From assembly GCA_963693365.1 (NCBI GenBank), contig CAVNZM010000012.1, positions 7,568,001 to 7,632,000 on the forward strand: a stretch of 64,000 nucleotides of DNA, given 5' to 3'. The DNA comes from Amoebidium appalachense (Eukaryota > Protista > Ichthyosporea). Of the stretch, positions 25,434 to 47,887 are shown one piece after another. Under the pieces are notes generated by a model that searched no databases, had not been told where the DNA came from, and saw nothing but the letters and a program-made list of their open reading frames with translations. Both the position numbers and the translations under genes were made by a program. Within the stretch, counting starts at the first letter, position 1, and the number at the start of each line of letters is the position of its first letter.

Positions 25434-26512
25434 GGGGATGAGCATGTGTATGTGCAGTGTGCGTTATGTGGGTACTTTTGTTTGGCAGTGTCTTTGCAAC
25501 CGTAAAGTGTGCAAGGACGTGGTATGCCATAGTGCATGTGCAGTGTGTGTTGTAGTGTGTATGTTTGTGACACTGTGTTGTGCGTGCATGTCGCTTGGGT
25601 GTGTGCGTGCGTGTGTGTGCGGTGTGCCTCGGTGCGTTGATGCGTGTATGTGCGTGTCTGTGCTACGTGTGCATTTGTTAAGCGTATACACGGGTGGGTC
25701 CACTCTTTCCATTTTGTGTACAGGTCCTGTGGGTGTGTATTAAAATTCAGGCCGGAGTGGCCTCTGTGTGTTTGTGGGTTCAGGCACAGTAAAAGTGTGT
25801 ATATCCATTTGTTTGTGTTTGTGTGTGTGCATATACGGTGTCACGGTTTGTGCGTGTGTGTGTGTGTGTGTATTTATGTGGTACCCGGCTGTATGTGTGT
25901 GTGTATGTGTGCATGTGTGCGTGTGTGTGTGTGCGTGTGTGTGTGTGTGTGTGTGCGCACAGGCGCACGCGTTGGCGTTTGTGTGTGTGTATTTGTGTGT
26001 GTCTGTGTGTGTGCGTGTGTGCGTGCGTGCGCATATGTGCATGTTTCTGTGTGTGTGTGCGCGCGCGCATGTATACATGTGCGAGTACGTGCGCATGAGT
26101 GCAAATGTGTGTTTGTAGCTTCTATGTGTCTGTGATGCGGTATACCGGGATGTGTGTGTCGGTGTGTGTGTGTCGGTGTGTGTTTCGTTGTGAGGGTATG
26201 TGTCTGTGAAGGTGCCGGGTATGCATTCTAGAAGTGACTACTGAATGCTTCCCGGTTAAGTCATTGGACTCTGAGTGTCCAGTTGCCCCCCCCCCCCCCC
26301 CCCCCTCCCTCCGTCCGTCCCTCCCTTCATCTCTTATCTACCCCCCCCCCCCTCCCCCCCCCCCCATCCTCTTCTCCTTCTTTAAAGCCAAAAGGGGAAA
26401 CACCAATCTATCACGAAGGGTAAAACAATGGAAAACAATAACAATAACAACAATAAATGGCCAATGCAAATAAAAGCTTTGCTAAGACTATTTTCATTTT
26501 CCAGGGGTCATT

Positions 26513-37514
<11,002 letters not shown>

Positions 37515-37704
37515 TGCCGCCAATCTTGCTTGCAAGATGTGTATTCAATCGATGATGTCTTTTAACTCTTTTAACGCTTCACACTCTGTACGGTTTTTCC
37601 CGCGAACTGTGTCCGTGTCCTTGCCTCTGCAGTGTACGGCATTCTGACCCCCTGCCCCCCCCCCCCCCCCTCCCCCCCCCCCCCTTCCTCATCCCACAAG
37701 ACGA

Positions 37705-37819
<115 letters not shown>

Positions 37820-38247
37820 AACCGCTGCCATCGCAAGAAAGAAAGGCTGACCTCGTATGAACATTTTGACAGGTTCGTAGGATGAGCAAAGCTGCAAAAT
37901 GTATATATTCATGCGCGAAGTTTTGAGAACGGATAGATATATAGAAACCGATCGTGGAATTTCAGTCAGCCCGGGTCGCGGTTAATGTACAGGAATAGAA
38001 AATTTCCCTGCGCTGAGTCAAATTTCCACCATTGGGCAGGAGAGTTAAGGCCAACTCATTTGTACAGAAAATTACAGAAAAAAGATGTAAATACTTAATT
38101 AAAGTATGTAAATACTGTACTTGTATTTGATTTGGATGTTTCCTAGAATGAGACTGTACATTATATACCACTGCAACACTGATTTTTTTGGGGGGGGTTT
38201 CTTTTGACCCATTAATGCATCAACTTCATTGTGTGTTTTTTTTTTGT

Positions 38248-38284
<37 letters not shown>

Positions 38285-38818
38285 TGGCATAAACTCAGAA
38301 TAAGAAGTAGCTCGAAGGACTTGGTTTGTACCTATACTATTCAATGAGGCTGTGTTCTGTTCGTGTATATTAAAGTTAGCCCCGGCCTTTCGATATTACG
38401 ATGTGGATTTTGATGGTTGGGTTTGCCTATATATGGGGAAGTAAGAATCGTATTTGAGCATCACCAATCATGGCGCTATATATAATGGTCGGGCCCGGAA
38501 AAGTAAAAAAAGTTGTCATGAAGCTAGGTATGGTGCTTTTGCCTTTGCAGCATCAAAGTATTTGATTATTGCCTTTTTTGGAAGTTCGTTGTTACCACCT
38601 GTATTGCATTTTTCTTTTTTCTTTCCTGGTTGCCTTAAACCATACTTTCACAAGTACTTGTACGTGTGCTGTACATTTGGTCGGTGTACATGATGACCGT
38701 GTACATGTGCACTAACTTTGAAATAAAACAACACATGGTGGTCAATCAGTCCATATGTATGCGCACACGTGTCAAATTTATTCGGTTGTTCGTATGTATG
38801 CACATTACGCATGCGCAT

Positions 38819-38912
38819 AAGTGGTACTGCAGACTTATTCAGTGCACTCGTGCTCTCTCTCTCAGCCTCACACACCTACACACACACACTCCCTCTCTCC
38901 CTTCCTCCCTGC

Positions 38913-38955
<43 letters not shown>

Positions 38956-39403
38956 TCTCTCTCTGTCTCTCCCTCTCTCTCTCTCTCCCCGGATCTCTCT
39001 CGAGCTCGCTCTCGAGCTCTCTCTCTCTCCCACTCACTCTTCCGCCCCCACACCCCTTCCCTCTCTCATATCTCCTTCCCCCCAGGGCCCCAGATCTCTC
39101 TCTCTCTCTCTATCTCTGTCTCTCTCTATTTCTCTCCCTATCTCTCTCTCTGCCTCTCTCTCTCTCTCCCCCCCCCACTCTGCCCCCTCCCCCTCTCTCT
39201 CTCCCCCCCCTCTGTCCTAGCTAGATCTCTCTCTCTCTTGCTCGCTTTCTCCCCTCCCCCTTCTCTCTCGGCCCCGGCCGAGCTCTCCCTTCCCCCCTCC
39301 CCCCGCCCCCTCTTAGAAAGCCACCACCGTGGCACCACCCATGCACGCACACATGCACAAGGGACCCACGCACGCCCTATGTAGGCCTGGGGCCCTACCA
39401 CTG
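38819..39403. mobile_element. Possible decayed hAT-like MITE filled with (CT)n
   Basis: Ends AAGTGGTA... and ...TACCACTG form an imperfect terminal inverted repeat. Flanks ATGCGCAT and (T)TTGCGCAT resemble an 8-bp TSD. Confidence 0.3.
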
Positions 39404-39708
39404 TTTGCGCATGTTACAATTTCCCCAAGTTGAAAGGAAACCAGTTGTTACACGGAGCACATGGGCGTCGGCCGGGTTTGGTGCATAATATTAATAACTT
39501 TTTTGTTTCGTGTTGAACGAGTGTACACTTGTGAATACTGTATGCCCGCGCCAGAAGCAGCGGAAGAAAAATATATATGGGGTCGTCTAAGCCAGTGCAG
39601 ACGCACCGAGGTGTATTTGGCTCAAATAATCGAGAAAACATTACTTTCTGCAGCTGAGGCGTGAGGCTGCGTAAAATAGCTGCATGTAGCCCATGTATGT
39701 ACCAGTTG

Positions 39709-39780
39709 GGTGAACTTGCCATGGCACAACGGGTGAATCCTGCAATGGCACAATGGGTGAATCCTGCAATGGCACAATGC
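39709..39780 (+). repeat. 24-bp minisatellite, about 3 copies
   Basis: GGTGAATCCTGCAATGGCACAATG units. Confidence 0.85.
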
Positions 39781-40516
39781 ATTGTGCATCCTGAATTCGA
39801 AATGGCACGATGGCACAGACGCAATGGCATCTTTATTCAATGCATTGGCAGGCACTCTTGTCATTTTAAAGGTATAGAAAGAAATTAAAGGGATAAAAGA
39901 GTCTTGCCATGGTACCATCAAACAAAGATAGTATGCATGTGTATCTTTACCGTACCGGTACCGTACATGTTATATATGTCGTGCACCACGTGTGACGTAC
40001 GGTACTGTGACGTACGTACAAGCGACATAGCAGGCGGATCTATGATGTGACGTCATACGCAGCATGTGGTCCAGATCCACCAATAAAGCAGCTCTGAGTT
40101 TTATGTTAGTAGCTTTAGCAAAGTGCCAGACAATAAATACTATCGCGCATCTCAAAACATTTTTATTGATTTACAAATAGCTTATAGGTATATTTCAATT
40201 AAAAGAGCTGTTTTTTTGTCCCTTTAATGTTATCATATTTGCTACTTATTAATCGCCAAACCGGCCCAGTTTGCCCCCTTCTTGCAGCACTCTCAAAGGA
40301 CCAGTCATGAAGACTTTTTACACGCCGATATGATTGGTTGATCTGCCAGTTTCGCGGATTTTCAAGCCCTGCTCTTCGCTTCAATTTGCAAAATTGTTAG
40401 ACAGGCAAACGTAGAAAGAGAACCAAACTTTGTTTCTCAAGTTTTGACAGCCAGTTATAGGCAGCGTGCAACGGTTTGGCTATTGCATAGGTGGAAAACG
40501 TTAGTTATACGCAAAA

Positions 40517-41209
40517 ATGACTGCTGAAGTACTTGGACGGCTCAGCTTCCAGAAGCAGAGCATTGAAGATTCGTACGCTGAACCCGCAAATTTTTTGGAG
40601 ATCGATGTTGTGAATCCCATTACTCATGGCGAGGGAAGGAACAGATATACGGACTATGAGGTTCGCTTCAGGGTATGTTGTGTGTTTGTGTGTGTGTGTG
40701 CGTGTGCGTGCGAGAGCGCGTGTGTGTGTGTGTGCGTGCGTGTGTATGTGTCTGTCTGTGTGTGCATGTGTGTGTGTCTGTGTTTCTGTGTGCATGCGTG
40801 CTTGTGTGTGTTCGTGTCTGTGCGTGTGCGTATGCGTGTTTGTGCGTGTGTTTGTGTGCCTGTTTTTCGCACGTGCCCGTGTGTGTGTCTCGTGTGTGCG
40901 TGTGTGTGCGCGCGTGCGTGTGTATTTGTGTGCTTGTGCATGCGTGTGCGCATGTGTGCTTGGGTGTTCGTGTGTGTGTGTGTGTGTGTTTGAACCTGGG
41001 TGATTTTGTTGGTGTGTGGGTGATTGGGTGGGTGGATGGGTGGGCTGGTGTGTGTGTGTGGCTGTGGCTGTGGATGGGTGGGCGGTTGGGTGGGTTTAGG
41101 TGTGTTTTTTGTGTGCGTGTGCTTGTGTGTGTGTGTTGCTTGCCGGTGCGTGCTGTTTTTTAGGGGTGTGTGCTTGCATGAGTTTGTGTGTGTGTGTGTG
41201 TGTGCGTGC

Positions 41210-41245
<36 letters not shown>

Positions 41246-42668
41246 ATGTGTATGCGTGTTATGAAGAGAGGGCGGGGGGGGGGGGGGGGGAGGGGGGGGA
41301 GGGGGGCGGCGGGGCAAAGAGCACGTCTTGTGTCGTGTTCCGTGCCGTGTCTTCCTTGACATAATGGTGTTCTTCGGTGCTTTCCATGTGTTCTGCTTCC
41401 AACTGGCAATGCACCTAACTGCTCAAACCCATCTTGTGTGGACAGTTATGTGTACGCACACGGGGCCTCACGCTGCCTCTATCAGTGTGTGCTTCTGTTG
41501 TGGGTTGAAAAGGGGATTGCCCGTGCGTCGTGCCATTTTGTTTTGAGATGTGTTTGTTGTGAGCGTCTGGATATCTTTATATGGGGTTGTGCCGGTCCTG
41601 TTGGTGGCAGCAGTGGTGTGGATGGTTGGGGGGAGTAGAGGGGGAGGGGGGGATGGTGGAGGTAGAAGGGGGGGAGGGGGGAGGGGGGAGGGTTGTGAAA
41701 GGGGAGCTTGTAGGAGGGGGCTGGTGTGTGTGGTGCACGGAGATCAAGGGGGGTGGGATTGAAGGGGATAGGGGGAGAGTAGCAAGTTTTAGGTTTGAAT
41801 GTATATCTGTGGGTTGGCCGGGGGGTTGGAGGGGCGGGAGGGGGAGAGGGATATTAAGGTTACGATCGGTTCCATGGCTGACCATTTTTGGAACTTGATT
41901 GTTTCATTTTGCCTCTTTTTCTCTCTCGTAGTTTGTGCTTAACCGGGAGCGAGGGGAGGGGGAAAAGTGGGGTAGAGGGGGGCGTTTGGGGGAGAGGGGG
42001 GGGGGGGGGGGGGGGGGGGAGGGGGGTGTCAGTGCAGCTCGTAGATTTATGCCCCGGGTTGAGTGTGGGTCAGTTGAGGACCCGGGAGGAGTGGGGGTGG
42101 GGGGGGAAAAGAGAGAGAGAGAAAGGGGGGGGGGGGGGGGGGGGAGGGGGGGGTATCATGTTCGTATATTTCCACACCACCTTGAAGATTCGACCCTAAT
42201 ATTACACGTTTGCATTTACGGCAAGAATAGAGCCACGACCACACCCGTAGCCTCCCCGCCCCCCCCCCCCCCTCCCCCCCCCCCCCCCCCCCCCCCCCTT
42301 AGAAGCCCGGCTTATGGTCTACTTCTCTGCTTGTTTTCCTTGTTTTTGTCTGCTTGCAGTTTTTGTAGGCTCTGTTTTCTTAGATTGCTGCTCCTTGAAC
42401 AGCCCTGCTAGTCTTTGGCCAAGACGGGTGGACTCGCCTATTGCTGTTGAAACAAAGTATGGGTCGGGAACCACGCGTGAGAGGTTAAAGAGTCGAAACC
42501 CATGCTTTTGTGGAGGCATAGGAACCCCCATGATGATGGGCTCTGTTCAAGTGTCTTCTGCCTGCACCCTTAATTTGTTTGATTTTGGATTTCCCACTTT
42601 TTTGACGTTTTGTTGTTGCTCTTTGTTGTCTGCTCCATATTTCCAACCCTCTAACACATACATCACCT

Positions 42669-42700
<32 letters not shown>

Positions 42701-44389
42701 CCTCCCCCTCCCCCTCCCCCTCTCTCCCCCACCTATGATGCATACTCATTGTGTGATCTGCATCGTGCTGTCCGTCATGAATGTGTTCTTCTTCGTACTC
42801 TCTTAACACATCCCTCCTCCCCGCCCCCCGTCTCTCAGGAGCACACACACACCCGCGCGCGCGCGCAGACACACACGCACACACACACAGAAGATAAACA
42901 CAAGAGATAAGCTAGGAAAGATACTCGGGTGGTGATCTGTTTCACACCCTGGGACATACGGGTCATTCATTTTATCTATCTTCCACCCCCTCCTCTTCTC
43001 CCCCCCCTCTCCCTCCCCCCCCCCCCCCCCCCTCTCCGCCTCCCTCCCTCCCTCTGCCTCCGGGGTCCTTCCCCCCCATGCCCCAATGATCCGGGGTAAC
43101 ATCTAATGAAAATTTGTGCTTTCTATAACACTGTTTCTTCCACACTGCTAACCCAAAACCAAACACCCACAGACTAACCTCCCCATATTCAAGAACAAAG
43201 AGTTTGTATGCCGCCGTCGTTTCAGCGACTTTGAGTGGCTAAAATTGGAGCTCGAACGTGATGGGAAGATTGTTGTTCCCCAGCTTCCAAGCAAAGCCAT
43301 TTCCAAGCAGATGAGTTTTTGGGCCAAGGATGATGGTATTTTCGATGAGGCGTTTGTTGAGCGCAGAATGCACGCACTGGAGGAATTCATTAACAAGTGA
43401 GTCTTCAAGTTCCCCCCTGTCCCCCCCCCCCCCCCCCCTCCCCCCCCCCCCCCCCTTCTCCCCCCACTACCAACACCACCACCACCATCGCACACACACA
43501 CAGACACAGACACAGACACAGACACACACACACACACACACACACATACATGCGCGCACATACAACACATGCACCTCCCTCTCGCATTCTCTCTCTTACG
43601 TACCACCAGCTCCCGTCCCCTCTCCCCCCAATCCTATGCCTGAGAGAGGTGGGGTCTTTTTTTTTGGGGGGGGGGGGGGGGGGGGAGGGGGGAGGGGGGG
43701 GGAACGTACCACCATCCCCCAACCCCCACCCCGAGAGAGAGGTCGGGAGGGGGAGAATGGAGGCAGGTGGGTCACTGTGTTGGTGTGGGTGGTGGTTTTT
43801 GTGGGTGTTTGCCAACGGTGTTGGCGTGGGTGGGTGGGGGAGGGGGGAATGGGAGATGAAAGGGAGGGAGGAGCTCTGCAAGCATTACTGAAGGTAGGGA
43901 CGCCAAGTGTTGGCCGTGAATTTTGTGGGTATAGAATTACTGTGGTTATAGTCTCTTAACCGGGGCCAAACAATAGTAGCATGGGTTTTTGTTTCCCCTG
44001 ACCCGGAAACCCGCTTGCTGACAAGGTGAATGCTTCTGAATATCAGCTGATGGTTACGTAAAGGGGGGCTTGCAGACGCACATGTTCCTGTGCTGGCATC
44101 AAATCCGCTCCACGGTTGCTATGGTGTCAACCATTAGTATCACACTATTCCGGCGGTTCTCTGATTCTACCATCAACCGATACGCCTCCTACCACAACAG
44201 ACATAGTTCGCCCACACAGCATATGCATTTTCCTACACTCGCCTAAGCATTACAGCCATCATTCTTACATGCCTCTCTCTTCTCAGGATTGCCGGTCACC
44301 CGCTTGCCCAGAATGAAAAGTGTTTGCACATGTTCTTGAACGAAAAGATGATCAACAAGAACTACACCCCCGGAAAGGTCCGGAACTGA
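40517..44389 (+). CDS. SNX3: Sorting nexin 3/12 (PX-only SNX), 3 exons
   Basis: Exons 40517-40672, 43173-43396 and 44287-44389. [84 protein letters not shown]. Confidence 0.96.
42401..42668 (+). ncRNA. Hammerhead element, subfamily B, with a canonical GUC cleavage triplet
   Basis: AAAGTATGGG-T-C^GGG (42454-42468), AGAGTC-GAAA-CCCATGCTTT (42489-42508), CCC-aTGATGA-TG-GGCTCT (42527-42544). Has a C3 lesion here; the 55326 copy has CTGATGA. Same 5' hairpin as subfamily A and ends at poly-C. Confidence 0.72.
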
Positions 44390-45648
44390 ACATGGACTTC
44401 TACTTTCCCCACAAACACACATGCACACGTGCACGCACACGCGCTCGCACACACACACACACACACATGCGCGCGCGCGCGCGCGCGCACGCGCGCACAC
44501 ACACACACATGCATGCGCAAACAAGCGCATAGTTATATCTTTCTACCCAATCTCATCCCGATAAGAATTGTCATTGCTAGCTGGAACCGCACTTATGGTT
44601 TATATCATTGAAATGGAGTTTGTAGCATGTCACCCTCCTGTTTTGGGCAGGCACACCTATAGGGACCGTTTTAGCTATCATCTTAGCAACCGTGTTCCAC
44701 GTGAAACATATAACACATGAAAATGGGACACATGCGCACATGCACACACACACGGATACGCGTGGGCGCAAGCGCGCGCACGCACACACACACACACACA
44801 CACACAAACACAAGTGCCGTATACCTGGGCCTATTTATGTGGTTTTTGTTTTCTCTCTATTAGGAGAGTTGACGAAGTTTAGCCGGGGGCGTTTTGTGAG
44901 GGAGTTTCACCGTTGTGCAGTGTATATTCATGCTTGTAGGACAAACAGATCTAGAGGACATGGCAAGGGATTTATTTTTATTTTAAAAGAAATGTAGACT
45001 GTACAGTATTGATAGGTTCCGAATGCTAGCGGTAAGGGTTTATCAGTCGTTTGTTGAGTTGTGTTTGTGTCTTTCCTCTGTGGCCTGTGTTTATCTGCAT
45101 CTGGTTTCGAATTAGGCAACAATAAAAATCACAATAATAATGTTGCAGGCAGGAGCCTTGCTGTCCCCCCCCCCTCTGCCCGCGAGATTCCTGCCCCGCT
45201 CTTTCCTAGGCCTCCCGTCATCAGCCTCCGTCGTCCACGGCAGCAAGCAAAATATCGTTCACATAATCAAACCTTCAGTCCCGTTAACATTCCTACTTTT
45301 TTTTTGTTTATTGCACCCATACCCGTTGACCTTCATATCCCTATTCCCCCCCCCCCCCCCCCCCCCCCGGCTTTCCCCCCTGCTTCCGCCGCTTCAATGG
45401 TTGCTCTTGGCGTGCCGACCTGAATGGGGGCCTGCCGACCTGGATGTTTAAGGTGAGGCAATTGATGAACTACACATGGGCCTTCCCCCCCCCTCCCGGA
45501 CACCCCCCCTCTCCCACTTATGATCTTTCACGTTCCCTCACACTTATTGGCAAGTACAAAAACCGTACTTATGATGCGTACACTCATGCATATTGAGCTG
45601 CGCAAAAAATTGCCAATGAATGTAGACCCCCTTCCCCTCGCCCCTCTC

Positions 45649-45687
<39 letters not shown>

Positions 45688-46213
45688 CCTCCGATGGGGG
45701 GGGGGGGGGGGGGGGGGGGGGCTGGGGGTGCAGGGCCTACGGGCCAACACGAAGCATGCACACACGTACACAACCATGCACAGAAACACGGTGCGACCAT
45801 CAGCCATTCAAGGACACTAAACTTGGTTAGCTGGTTGCTTGGGCATTTACATAACAAGCGAAGGTCATGCATTAACGTTATGTATAATATTGGCCCAAGT
45901 TGCAATAGGTTCTAATAATTATTAGTGCACTCACGAGCGAGATCATGGACCAGTTTGAACTTTCGTGAAGGGTCTTATTTATCTGTACTACCAGCAGCTA
46001 TCATTCTAAAAGCTATAAACAGTCGCCGTGGCAAATTCAGTCAAATTGCACTCGTGAGTTTGTGAGTTATTATGTTTTTCGTCGTCACTATGTCTTTGAA
46101 CTCGTAGTTTGTCTCGCACAAACTATTTTGCGCAGGTGCGGCACTGCTATGGTTTGTTATTATCGCATATGTATTTATTGGTGCAGGTGTGTCATCAGGT
46201 TACCAATGAAGCG

Positions 46214-47715
46214 TTAATAACCAGTGCAGTTTCTGAGCTCTTCGAGCAGCGCAGACTTACTAAGGAAGCTACGTTTGTGTGTGCTTGTATTTTCTTTCTC
46301 GGGCACATCCTTTTCCGTAGGCTTGTGCACATCATGCTGAGTCACTGTGGCTACACCAACACTAGCGCTTGGGCGATGTCTGCGAAGAAGTTGTTTCAGT
46401 TGTGGAGAAATATAAGGGGAAACAGCCGAAGTGTTCTTTGGGCGCATCTTGTTAATGATTTCTCTCAGCGGGTCTTTCGTTTTCGTTTCCTTTCCCTTCT
46501 TCCCGGAGCTGCCACGACCCCGTTTCTTCCTTGGAAAGTTCATTTGGGGGCCTTCGTGATTTGGGGAATCAGCGGCAAAGATTTCCTCTTGACTGTCACG
46601 GTTTGCGCCGGGTTTTTCCTCAGAAAAAGCTGTTTCTTGTTTTCTTTCCTGGGTCGTTATTCTGGGCATGTTAAGTGACTCACTCTGGTGTTCAGGTTCG
46701 CCCGGTTCGTCCTGCACTGTTGGAAGGAGGGTAAGCGGATCCATCTCCCCAGCAGCATGGCATAAGCAATGTCAGGATCGAGTTCAGGCCCAACGAGAAC
46801 ATCAGCCGTTTCTGGAGGCACATCGGCACCAAAAGGCTCTAAGGGGATTGTGGTGTTCGTTACAGGATCGAAAACTCGCTGGTGATGGAAGATGTGAACG
46901 GCAGCGAGCGCGCATGTTTCGTAACCCCTCGATACTGTTTCTGGACGAGTTTTCCTAAGTTGGTCCAAAGCTCCAGCCAAACCCCCGAACGTGTTAATTA
47001 GGTTGAATGCCGTTTTGGCTGCGACACCCGCTATCCCCGGACAGTAATCGCACCCAGCAAGGACACACATCTCTACAAACTGCTTGGCGCTCCATCCACG
47101 AAACTCATTCTCCAGCTTGTCACGATTGTATACCTCGACGTGCCCATCCTTGTCAAGTTTGTATAGAATAGTGCCACATCCGTATGCGATGAGGTCCGAA
47201 TCCTCCGTGATGATGGCATCTATCACACCCGTTCGTTCCAAATAGGCGAGCTGAGCATCCGACTCGTATGGAGCCACAAGGAAGGGAACACGGAGGTCAT
47301 TACACAGATTCTGCAGTTTCACAACCTCTGATCGTGGGATGCTGATGCCGCTCTGTGCGTGTTTCCAAGCCGCTTTGGTGTCTCCTGCCTCGAGGCTCTC
47401 TCGGCACTTCTCTCGTGCTTTCTCGCGTGTTTTCTTTCTTTCTTTGTCAGTCTCGCTTTTGGCGGGTAAGGGCCGACCGTCGAAGACAAGAAGGGGCTTG
47501 ATATCGTTTTCCAAGAGAAGTTCCAAACGTCGTCTGCAGAAACCTTTCAGCTTTTCTGTGGGCTCTCCTGTTAATAGCTCCAAAGCACACGAATAAGCAC
47601 CTTTGTAGAGCCATCCCATAGCATCAACCCCAAGCGTCTTGCCACTAAAATCAGAGATGTTACCATTCTTGTCAAGGGTTTCTGGAAGGAGGGGGAGCAG
47701 GCCCTTTATCCCCAT
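46214..47715 (-). pseudogene. EXO1: Intronless exonuclease 1 (XPG/RAD2 family) with a 1-nt frameshift
   Basis: MGIKGLLPLL, GVDAMGWLYKGAYSCA, VFDGRPLPAK, VAPYESDAQLAYL, ITEDSDLIAYG, MCVLAGCDY, FHHQRVFDP. Adding one base at 46757/46756 restores IAYAIAAGEMDPLTL and joins ORF 46214-46744. Either a pseudogene or an assembly indel. Confidence 0.8.
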
Positions 47716-47887
47716 TATGTTGAGCCTAAGGAAGTGCAAGTGAAAGCTCCATGCAGGTAAACAGGAAGACGAACAGTCCTACTATGGGTAATGTGCCGGT
47801 TTACAAGAACCAAATAATGGCCAACTTGGGAAATTTAAAAACGGTTTCCTTCCAACCCAAGTGATTAACGAGCCACAGGTATTATCT

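Noticed and set aside
39709-39780. CRISPR-like array
   Set aside because: Contiguous tandem units with no unique spacers, in a eukaryotic context. The same applies to 56319-56391.
42489-42544. Reading the element as a canonical type I, II or III hammerhead
   Set aside because: There is no GAAA downstream of CTGANGA and no NUH plus stem I hairpin between GAAA and CTGANGA. Only the rearranged A-B-C pairing satisfies all three stems.
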